A stretch of DNA of 64,000 nt from Eledone cirrhosa (lineage: Eukaryota). The DNA lies in contig OZ024742.1 in assembly GCA_964016885.1 (NCBI GenBank), positions 79,856,001 through 79,920,000 of the forward strand. Direction: 5' to 3'. The translations under genes were made by a program, and so were the position numbers. Shown here piece by piece: positions 53,676 to 64,000 of the stretch; positions within the stretch are counted from its first letter, which is position 1; each line of letters starts with the position of its first letter. The notes under the pieces were generated by a model, which was not told the DNA's origin, searched no databases, and was given only the letters and a program-made list of their open reading frames with translations.

Positions 53676-54906
53676 ATATATATATATATATATGTATGTG
53701 AATGTGTGTGTATTTATATAAATGACGGACCATAAAACAAGAGTTGTCATTACCATAATAAAGATGAAATATTCATTCAATATGGTTAAATAATGTGTCT
53801 TGTCACTGTTATTATAGGTTGGCTGGCTGCAGTGTAACTGTTATTATAGGTTAGCTGGCTGCGGTGAGATTTCGAAGAGCGAGTAATCGCGCACGCCTCA
53901 GCTGACTTACTTAAGGAGGTATACAAATATTTATATGAATTTCTGCGTATAAATACAAACATACGTAGACGCAGTCATATGAAGGATGTGCAGAATAAGC
54001 GTCGGTAGCAAATATGATCGTTGCAATCATAAATTTCATTTCGTGTTATGGCCGCAAACAGCTGAACTAGGAAGTGTGACTCCGCACACACCCGAACACT
54101 CACACACTCGATGAAGCGATACCTAAATTGCTTGTACATTTTATGCACGATACAACCACTGTTTAAACAAGTGTAGATGCTCGTCTCACACCAGTCTATA
54201 CTAGTAGAAACCGAACTTATTTTGGTCCTGGACAGCTGGTATATATTTCTCGCAATCAACATGTACCCTCCCCCTTTACGAATAACGTAGTGTACAAACT
54301 CTGGGTAGAGGTTTGCGCGGTACACGTTCAACCCTTTTCTCGTTGAATAAGTAATGGGACCAGTCATCGGGTGAATATCTTGTGTATAAATTATATGACA
54401 GCGCCGATGAAGCCGATATATAATCGAACCCGCTCTAGCTGGGACTATCTTTCTTTAGCCAAGCCATTCTAGCTTTTAAGATAACAGAACCAAAAATGTT
54501 TTTCCTGGTTTTGAATTACACAATCTGCTTTTTTAGGGTTACTAAATTCCATTTGGTTGCCAGGCCACATAGATATCTTTAATTTAGGATTTAATTCACT
54601 GTGACACTGAATTGACCTTTACAATCTAGATTTATATCTACTCCATATTTATGCTCTTTCTACTTTATGTTCTAATTCAATTATATGTACGAATGTTGAG
54701 TACTAAAGGCTGAGTTATTAAAATTGAAATATAATACTGATTTCCTGTATCCATTTGTTAATTTGTTATATTTAAGAATGGATTAGTATTTCATACATGT
54801 ATAACGAGGTTGAACACATTAACCGGTATATATATATATATTGATATTTCAATTCCTATATTGAAATATCAAGACCGTAGAGGTATATCATATATCAACT
54901 CATATA

Positions 54907-54968
54907 TTTTATCTGACGATGACGTACTGAAAAATCAACACAGTACCTTCGAAATATATATAATAAGG
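54907..54968 (+). ncRNA. Minimal hammerhead ribozyme in a solo pLTR remnant (about 54830-55115)
   Basis: TTTTAT CTGACGA TGAC GTACTG AAAAATCAACA CAGTAC CTTC GAAA T ATAT A TA ATAAGG. The downstream tail TTGTTGAGTGCTTTTA is shared with 29309-29323. Confidence 0.65.
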
Positions 54969-55531
54969 CATATATTTTGATTATGAGAATATCTTCATTT
55001 GATAATATTTCGAATAATATTAAACACTCCAGGAAAACTCATTGTTGAGTGCTTTTAATCTATTGTAAAACTGTATTCATTGAGTAATCAATGAACCATA
55101 TTAATCTTTGGTTATATATATATATATATATTTAGTTTTGCGAGGTTTTTTATATATATATATATATTTAGATTGTGTTAAAGGTTGTGCTAAAAATGTC
55201 TATGAACTCTTAGATTGATGACACATGCCTCTCCCACGTAGGCGATAGGTTGAATTTTTATGAAAGATGTATTTGCGTGCGCCTGGGTGTGTGCGATGTG
55301 TCTATATGTGTGGGTGTGAGATATGGTGTAGTATGGTCTACTGGTAGTATCGATGGTTGTATTGTAGGTGATAGTGATGATGGTGGTGATGGAGATATAT
55401 ATATGGGTGTATTTTGTGCATCTGTGTTTGTGTATGTATGTGATGTTGCGTGTTTTCGTTTTGTTATTTTAGGTAGTGGTGGCGATGGTAGTGGATGTGA
55501 TGATAGGGGAGGTGGTCGATATGTGTATGCG

Positions 55532-55642
<111 letters not shown>

Positions 55643-56299
55643 ATTTGCGAAGAAAATAATTGACTTCTCTAAATTAACTGAAATGACTATGGGGATGAAA
55701 ACATGAAATTATAAGAATTAGGCGATGTGCGAGAGGAATATAAAGAGAACAAATTAAATTAGTAGAACGTCTCTGGTGCAGAGAAAGGAGTGCGTCTCTC
55801 AGTATTTTCTGGGTGTGATCTAACTCGTGAGTGGGTATGGCAGCAGCTCCGTCACAGACCTGGGTGTTAACTTACATCTGTATATCTGCCATTCATTGAG
55901 ATATACCTCAGATGCATTAGTCACCCTGCGGTAACAGACGAAGCACGATTCGATTCACTCAGATGTAGATCTGGTGACTCCAATGAAACAGGAAAAAATA
56001 ATAAAATCAATTAAACTATGTCATGTATTATTGTGGCGCCTCGAGTCTCAAAATCCATTGAGATAAATGTTGGTCGTATACATACACCTGAGGCTATTAA
56101 AGCATAATTTGATGTTTGCATATGTTATATATTCTGCAGAGACATATAAAACTAACGGCGATATTTTATTGGATAACATTAGCCAGGAGACAGTCAGGTA
56201 GTGTGTCGTAAAACTGAATGTCGTTAAATGATAACAAATTTTGTGAAAGAAACAGAAAGATTTTTTAGAACGATTGAAATATTTTAGACGTACAATACT

Positions 56300-58860
56300 T
56301 TTAATAATTTCGTTTCTGAATTTGTTTAGCAAGATTCCTTATCTGAAAACGTATGTTGAAGCCTATATTGTTATACTTTGGGAGGGTCATGTTGCCAAGA
56401 AGAAACACACGCAGAAGTTGTTTTCACTTCAATTTATTATAACTTTCCGGTTGGGTGGTTCTATAACCGGATGTTTGTTCATATATTGTCAAAGTTCTTT
56501 CGTCACACATTCTGTGACCTCTTCAGTGACTGGGGATTATTTTCTTTATTTGGTGCCTCTCCTTTGTTCAGTCCTACGCCATCTTGTTTTGTGTGTTGTG
56601 TGCTTAGTTTGCGCATGTGTTACATCCGGGTGTTTGTGTGTGTTTTTATTTGTTTATTTATTTGTTTATTTACATGTTACTTGTTAGTTGTTTGTTCTAT
56701 GTGTGTGTGTTTTCATTTTGTCCTTAATTATATGTTGTGATGTTGCTATTCCATACATGTTTTCTATTTAATTTTGATTGGAGTTCATTTATGTTTATTG
56801 CCTCTGTGATTTGTCTAAACATTGCGTCTTTTCTGTGTGTAGATTCTATTTTTATCTCTATGTTCTGTAATTGGCCCTTATGTTCTATTTTAGCATGTTG
56901 GTGGAGTATTAATGAATCTTTTCTATCTTGGAGTTCTCGCCAGTGTTCATTTAATCGTTCTTCTATGCTACGAGCTGTCTCACCTATGTACATTATATTT
57001 TTATATAAATTTATTTTTATTTTTACATTGTCCCTCAGTACATCTTACGGTATATACTATGTTTTTAGTTTTACAGTTAATATGGGAGCCTAGCTTACAG
57101 ATTATGCATTTCCTGTCTATACAGAGGGGTCTTTGAAAAGGGTATGTATTACTAATTAGTTTTTTTTTATGGAGGTACCTGGTCTTTCCACTATCTTAAT
57201 ATTTAGTTTAAGTTTATCTAGGGCTCTTCTAAATTTGTAAGCTAGTTCACCACTAGGGGTTGTATTGATGAACATTACACTCTGGTATTTATTGCTATCA
57301 TACCATGAGTTTATTTTATTAACCTTATTCCTAGATCTTTCTATTCTATTCCAAAATTTGCTCCTATACAAAAGGCAGGTCCCATTTGTATCATTGTTTA
57401 CCATGATTTTCCGATTTGGTTCTGGCTCCTCTATATACTCTGATTTTATATCTCTGATATACGGTGGATGAAGTGTTGTATGTGTCTCTCTAGTTCTTCG
57501 GGGTTGCACATGCGGGACACGTTCCTCATCACCCGTACTAAATCCGCAATCAGTATGTTGATTCTGTTGTGATCCGAAACAGCTGAGTTTCGGTGGATCA
57601 GGTATTTGGAAGACATGGGTTTGGCATAATGGGAATGGAGGATTTGTTTTTTTTGTTATTGATGGTTTCTAACCAGAGCTCTGTGTCTAGTACAGGTAAT
57701 CGATGGTTGGGGTGTTTGCTTGGGTAGTCTATAGTAACTTTGATAGTCTGGTGGATGGAGCTAGCTATTTGCTGGATGCTTTCCATGGTGCTTTTCTCTA
57801 ATTCCTGACTGTTCTCTAGTGGGGGTGTTTTTATTACGATGTTTTTACTACGATGTTGTCTTCTATTTGTTCCTTAAGTATTTTGTCCCACCATACCATA
57901 AATAGGTTAGTTATGTCGCCTGCAATCCTAACACCAATGGCTGCTCCCCCCTCTTGGGCATATGTGTTTCCATTAAATTTGAACATATGTTCCTTAAGGG
58001 TTAGTTTTATACTGGCCCCCACAGCATGTGCAATCATTTTCCTTAGTTCATCTTGGTTTTCGGGGGTCCATATGGCTCTGGTCCACCCGTTCCATCTTTC
58101 TGTGTGGGTTTTCTTGGCCAGTGAGTTAATGGTAGGTGGTTTGCCTCTTGGAGGCCTTGTGGGGAAGAGGTTGCTAAGGTCATATGTATCTAGATATTCT
58201 TTATTGTATATACGTTTAAGTAGGAGTCCCAGCTCACTGGTATCAATCCCACTGAATTCAAAATCGCTCTCACTGATCATTTCCACGCATTTCTCCACAG
58301 CAAAATCTACGTCAATGGATGGGTATAGGGACACTGCATCCATACTACCTATTATACAGTATGTTAGGTCCCTAAACAGGTTACTTCCGGTGATTCTGCT
58401 GAGGAGGTCCTCAATGCTGTCACACATATTTGGGGACATTTCAATGATATGTCATACAATCAGGGAGAGGAAGTTGAAAAGTCTGTAGTTGCTAGCAATG
58501 TTAGCTCCACAGATTGGCCGTGTTGGTGGTCCTGTGATTGGGTCACTGTTTGTCTTATGGTCTTTTCGAAGCCTATACAACGTTGGCACCTCATTGTTCC
58601 GGGCCTGGAAGTTTGGCAGTCCATTTATTGGGCTGCATTATGTTGGTCCACATCATCATATGAGCGTTGAGTGTTTTCTCCCTATCCTCATGCTCTTGGG
58701 GTGTTACCTCTCTTGTGTTGGTGATGTGGGGTTGCCTTGCCTGGATGTAGTTTGACAGACTGTCAACCGACATTTTGCCAGATTTGTCTGTTGGAAAGCA
58801 TGCAATTTCTCCATTACGTGAGCGCTGCATTAGCTTATGCAAGCCATTTGCGGGTTTTTC
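56300..58860 (-). mobile_element. Decayed PLE (RT + GIY-YIG), same family as 25470-28256
   Basis: ORF pieces CFPTDKSGKMS, IIGSMDAVSLYPSID, QEGGAAIGVRIAGDITNLFMVWWD, DYPSKHPNHRLPVLD, VMFINTTPSGELA..IVERPG, YIGETARSIEERLNEH..RQITEAI. Confidence 0.9.
56488..56530 (-). ncRNA. Minimal hammerhead ribozyme in 3' pLTR
   Basis: Minus strand GTCA CTGAAGA G GTCAC AGAATGT GTGAC GAAA GAAC TT TGAC. Stem I GTCA/TGAC. Confidence 0.65.
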
Positions 58861-58978
58861 TCCCAGTTGCTTTTAGTATTATACATTTATACACGCAAAC
58901 ACACACACGGCCTCTCTCTTTCTCACACACACACACACACGCACACAGAAAAAACACACTGTCACACACATATATATA

Positions 58979-59425
58979 TATGAGGGTTTGAAAAGTTCAA
59001 AGGGTGGCTATGAGAGAGTGATACTAGAGCTCTGAAATCTTGCACTAATTTGAACTCGTCTTATACATAACTGCATTATTTTTTCCATGTAAACTGACAA
59101 CTGACGGTTCAAAGTACCGACTTCTCTTGAAAATGGATAGAATTTGACACCATTGTGGTATCAAGTATATGTCGAAAAAAGGTATAGCCACCAAGGACGT
59201 TCATGTTGGCATGATTGCTATATGAGGCTCCAGTTTGATCAACGGTGCAAAAGTGATCAGCTGAATTTAGAAGGGGAAGGGAGAGTCTTGGATATGATCC
59301 AAAGTGTGGACGTCTTGTAACTGTGCCCACCGAAGAAAACATTGTGATGGATGACAGGCGATTGCCTATAATGCAAATAACCAATGTTATTAGCATATCC
59401 TGTGAGAAATTTGAGAACAGTAGCC
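58979..59425 (+). mobile_element. Mariner transposon 5' remnant
   Basis: TA-TGAGGGTTTGAAAAGTTC TIR-like start. Decayed HTH region ..AEFRRGRESLGYDPKCGRLVTVPTEENI..DDRR..I...ISIS. Confidence 0.75.
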
Positions 59426-59429
59426 AGAA

Positions 59430-61500
59430 GATCAAGGATGCGTGGGGAAAAATAAATATCGGTTTACCGTTTGAAGGGAGATTCTGGAAAATGATTACCA
59501 TCGGGACCCGATCCAACCCTCTCAAAGATAGGATTGCAGCTTTAGCTATAAGAAAAGGAAAGGAAGATATCTTAGCTCTTCTGATTGCAAGATATGGAAT
59601 TGGACAACAAGTCGCTGAAATCGTTTTTGAAGGAAATTGAACAAGTCAACATTATGGGTAGAATAATTGGTATGTATTTCGATACCACTGCGTATGACAC
59701 TGGCGTATACCAAGGTACCTTCTTCTTCTTCTTCTTCTTCTTCTTCTTCTTCTTCTTCTTCTTCTTCTTCTTCTTCTTCTTCTTCTTCTTCTTCTTCTTC
59801 TTCTTCTTCTTCTTCTTCTTCTTCTTCTTCTTCTTCTTCTTCTTCTTCTTCTTCTTCTTCTTCTTCTTCTTCTTCTTCTTCTTCTTCTCACACTTATGTC
59901 TGAGAGGGTCATCGGGGCAAAGTCCTCAAACGATCCCTTAAACAAGTCCTGTCATAAACAACCCTCTCCAACTAATCTGGGAAGATCCCAAAGCGAGACC
60001 AGCCAACCTTATGGATGTTATCCAATATTTCTGGGTCGGGATCTGCACCTGAGTCACCTGTCGTGGTACGTTTCGCCCGTAAAATCTATCCAGCCCATAT
60101 TTTCTGAGACATTCTAACCAGGTACCCATAGTATCGGAACTGTGATCTCTTAATTAGGAGAAGTGTTTTTGATATTTCCGCTACGCACTCTATAGTGTAA
60201 TATTACTCCAAAACCTAACTGAGGAACCTCATTACGGCGGCTTGTATTTGAGATCGTATTCCCTGGGTCATTACTCAAGATTTTTGACAATAAGGAAGGG
60301 TTACACCAGCTTCTGCAATTCTTACACTCGATTCGGACTCCTGCTTTCCGTCACTCATGAAAATGGCCCCACAATACTTGAAGGTCTCCACCTACTTCAA
60401 TGGAACTCCATTCATATGAAGAGTGCATTGCACAGATTTCTTTGAGAGGATTAGTGTCTCGGTTTTCGCAGCACTGATTTTTATTCCACCCATGTAGCAC
60501 TCGACATCAAACCTATCAAGTGCATTTCGGAGATCAGCTACTGTGGAATTAAGTAAAACCATGTCTTCTACAAATTCCAGCCGACTGATTTTTACACCTG
60601 CTAATCGTGATCCCAATTCTACCCTGGCTGCGCATGTCAATCCTGTTTATGAAAATAATGAGCAAGAGAGTCGATATTACGCAACCTTGGGGAAATACAA
60701 AAATTGAAGTAGCTCTGAAAATATCCATCTAGGGCTGGCCGGTCGCCATCACATTCTTGAAGTTGATTTTATGAAAGCCTTTGAGATCTTTTACCCATCA
60801 TTTGATCCCGATCCCCCACTGATCGAACAATTCCAGGATTTTTGGCAATCCATAGATATGTCTCATTATCAACATATCCTCGACGATGATGGGCCTAGGG
60901 AAAAATTTTACAAGCGAAAGAGGGAGGAGTTGGTTGAATATCTACTTACTGTACTGGAGTTTTTCTCTGAGTAGACTATGATAAAGCTCCCACTTTTCTA
61001 TCTCGGTGGTTAGACATCCCCCAGTTCTCTTTCCCAGCTCCAGGCGCTTATCACCACGCTCGATAGATGGCTAAGGCCATATATGTGACCAAGCTAGTTT
61101 TGTTCAAAGAACAACTTAAGATTACAACTTGTTAGTCGAGGGATCTACAAAAATTCGCGTACCCTTTGACTTTGGTTTTGTCAAATTCTGGAACGAAGCA
61201 CTGGTTCCCAGATGGGCACCAACTAACGATCTCGATTTGATCAAGTTACTACCAATGTATCCGGACCAACATACAGGAACTGTGGGAGAGAAGGTTCGTC
61301 GACGTCTCTTGTAGGATGTGTCAGAAGAGTTAGTAGTGTTGGCGTTTGTTGACGAAAGACTTGGACTGGATGAGAAGAAAAGAATGTTCCAAATTGAACA
61401 AGAAAAGAAAAAAAAACGGTGGCTGGAAAGGCTTCTGGCAACAAAGAACTGAGTGATTTCGTTACGAAGTAAACAAATAGCTTTTTCCATACGTTCGACA
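59430..61500 (+). mobile_element. Decayed DDE transposase (hAT-like, hATm-type by my recollection) interrupted by a LINE
   Basis: IIGMYFDTTAYDTG before 59718. LAGRHHILE, PGAYHHAR*MAKAIY, APTNDL and SEELVVLAFVD after 60690. Confidence 0.7.
59719..60688 (-). mobile_element. 5'-truncated RTE-clade LINE with (GAA)n tail
   Basis: Minus strand GCVISTLLLIIFINRID, ISRLEFVEDMVLL, ALDRFDVEC..G.KISAAKTETL. (TTC)n at 59719-59888. The 3' end resembles 49620-49800. Confidence 0.85.
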
Positions 61501-62647
61501 TTGTCCCAAACAATTTGTTTTTTTCACTAACAAAGATACCAAAGCATAGGTTGATGCTCTGAAAGTTGTGAATTATACTGCTGAGAGAGGTATTTACCTA
61601 AAAAATAGAGTTAGTGATTCTACGAAGGATGGAAATCAGAAACAGTTGCCCCTGAAAATTATTGTGAACAAAAAACAAGTGACCCAGAGAAAAAAGGTGG
61701 CCTTTTCCGGTTATAAATTTCATTCACTTGTGTATTTACTACGTATCCTTCCTGCTTCTTTTCTTTTCATTCTGTTTTGTCGTGTGGTTTCCTCATTGGA
61801 TCTTGATAAGTGAACAGAGAGGAAAATATACTACAGGTGAGATAAAAAAAGAAAAAACAATCATCGTAAATAAAAAAGATGTGACAGTGTGCAAAATTCA
61901 AACGATTCAATTGACCTATACTTCAGCATCCTTCCTTATTTCTTCAACTTTACAGCTGCTTGTTATGACTAAAAAGTAACTACCTACATGGAAGTGTATA
62001 ATTCTGAAAAAAACAACCCAAAAAACAAAAACAAAAAAATAAAAAAGTTAATTTGGTGAGGCAGCGTGGAGAGAATACAAAACTGATTCAATGTTGTGTA
62101 TCGTATGTATGAGTGTAAGCAAAATATGTAAGACAAACGAGCTTCGTGGTTTTAGGTGCAAAGGATATGCAGTTACCCCATTGGTAATCACATATACCTG
62201 TATAATTGCTATATAACAGATAAAGAGAAATTAAATCTGCGCCTCTGAGTCAATAACTGTAGCATTTAATTTAATGACCAGATGTAGAACTATACTAGAC
62301 TGTTCGTTTCTTTGATATTTAGTGATTGTTTGATTCTGCTGTTAAAGGAAGCCGCGATATTATGGTTTCATTCGAGGGTGCTTTCAAGTTCTCTGTTTAA
62401 AGAGGTTCAGCATTTCAGATGTGAAGTTTTTTTGTTCAATCTTGTACGAGGTATTTATTACAAAATGGTACCATCTGCTTAAAACAAGTAGCTTGTTAAT
62501 CAATAGAAGCGAGAATGTAAGAGCTAGTCACAAGGAAGATTTAAGTGGAGTTTAACTCATGTAGTCTGTAGTAGAAGTTGAAGTAAGAATAAATGTTCAA
62601 ACAGTCGCGCTCTCTTTTTCTCTCTCTCTTTGTATATATATATATAT

Positions 62648-64000
62648 ACGTGGGAAAGTAAAAAATCGGAGAATAGACCGTTAAAACATGTTTATTTAAA
62701 ATATCACCTACGTACGTTTCGCCCAGTTCGGCTTCTCAAGTGCATAAATAATCACAAGTGTTCCTTATATTACTCGGAAAGAGTTTTGGGGGTTAAATCC
62801 ACATCAAGGTTCATTGCTCGCAAAAATATCTTGTTTTGATTTTGCAGCAGGTCAAGGGAGTTAACTCTGGCCGGTGTTAGGGCAGTCTTTCCCGGACAAA
62901 TTTTTTTTTTTTTTTTTTTGCCGCATCCGTTTGTCTGAGGCTGGGTCTGGTATGCAAGGATTGTTTCCTGGGTGTTATTTTGCAGCGCCTGCCCGCCGGG
63001 GTGTTAAGGCTTGTTGCAGGGAGATCCAGTGTACTATTTCACTCTTCATCCTTAACCCATCTGAAGAAGGATATTTTTAAGCGATGTGTAATACTTATCG
63101 CTGTTTCAGCTCTGCTGTTGATGAGCTCGTGGGGTGCAGTTATGATGTGGTAGAGCTCCATGAGGCAAAGATCGCATTTCCTCTTGAAGTTGTACTGTGC
63201 AGCCCTGCCGACAATCTCCCAGTGCGTGGAGAGGTTGATGTTTAAGTCCTTTAGTGATGTGATGTAGTCCCGAGCGAGGTGGAGTGCCTTAGTTTTCTAT
63301 TTGTGAAAGAGTGGAGATGTGTTCGAAACCTAATTTTGAATGGGCCGGAGGTGGCTCCTATATAATGTTAAACGCTATTGTGGCTAGTAATAGTGCATCT
63401 ATATTTAACCCTATCAGTCAAGCAGTATCCTCTAAGGGGGCAACGTCCTCTGTCGCGGCAGTTGCAATTCCTGTCGCGGTTCCGTCTATTTCCCACGGTA
63501 AGGCTATCATTGTTGCTGCCTACGTTGTTACCTACGCTACCGCAGCTGTCGTTAGCACAATTACCACCCATAGCACGCGGGGTGGTGCGATTGTTATTCC
63601 GCACGTCATGTTCTGCATGTTCCTCAGTCATTTCGCGGTTATTCTGGTTGCGTCTGCGGATGCCGTTGCCAACACTATTGGATGCTGCCAGGGAGTTGTT
63701 AAGGCCGATATAGTTATTGTCAGGTGTAGGTGCGTCTGTGTCGATGTGCTGTGTCTTGGTGATCTTACTGTGGTTCGTTGTTCCTATGATGTCTGCTAGG
63801 TTAGGAGTAGTAGAGAAGGATATTTTTATATTGTTCCTATTAAGAATTTTTCTATACCTATGGTTGGGCGGGAAGTTCTTCTCTAAGGCTTCGAAGAACA
63901 TCCGGGGTATGTTGGAGGCCACACTCCGAGAGTAGGGGGGGGGACCATAGGACGTTACGGTGGCGATTACGTGTCCTTGTACTTTTGCTACCGGTGGTTC
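62648..64000 (-). mobile_element. Second copy of the 19443-22847 Naiad element (3' part, runs off the window), frameshifted
   Basis: Colinear with 19443-20755. 1-nt deletion near 63270 and about 2-nt deletion near 63942. HHR at 62706-62745 with a stem II mismatch. Confidence 0.93.

Noticed and set aside
53975-54367. 130-aa minus-strand ORF in unique sequence
   Set aside because: No recognisable motif or exon structure. It cannot be supported without homology or RNA data.

Overview
AT-rich, microsatellite-saturated eukaryotic (animal) non-genic DNA. The SINE types and the (TA)n/(CA)n density suggest a cephalopod such as Octopus, but that is inference. I can support no host protein-coding gene, and most predicted ORFs are microsatellite or antisense artefacts. 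The window is dominated by Penelope-like retroelements (PLEs). One has an uninterrupted 910-aa Naiad-type RT + GIY-YIG ORF (19790-22522, minus) framed by 126-bp inverted pseudo-LTRs. There is a second, frameshifted copy at the window end, two further Naiad families, three decayed copies of another PLE family, and a Penelope/Poseidon-like 3' fragment. Reading both strands gives about 16 minimal type-I hammerhead ribozyme (HHR) candidates of several families, including U3-A8 covariant and extra-nucleotide cores. It also shows a nested inverted-repeat structure (28.3-30.9 kb) carrying four HHRs, two per strand, around a perfect 335-bp palindrome. Many PLE remnants are fold-back hairpins inserted in (TA)n tracts. 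Also present are RTE-clade LINE remnants, tRNA-derived SINEs with target-site duplications, a Tc1/mariner MITE and transposase relic, a hAT-like transposase relic split by a LINE, and a foldback element carrying octamer motifs.
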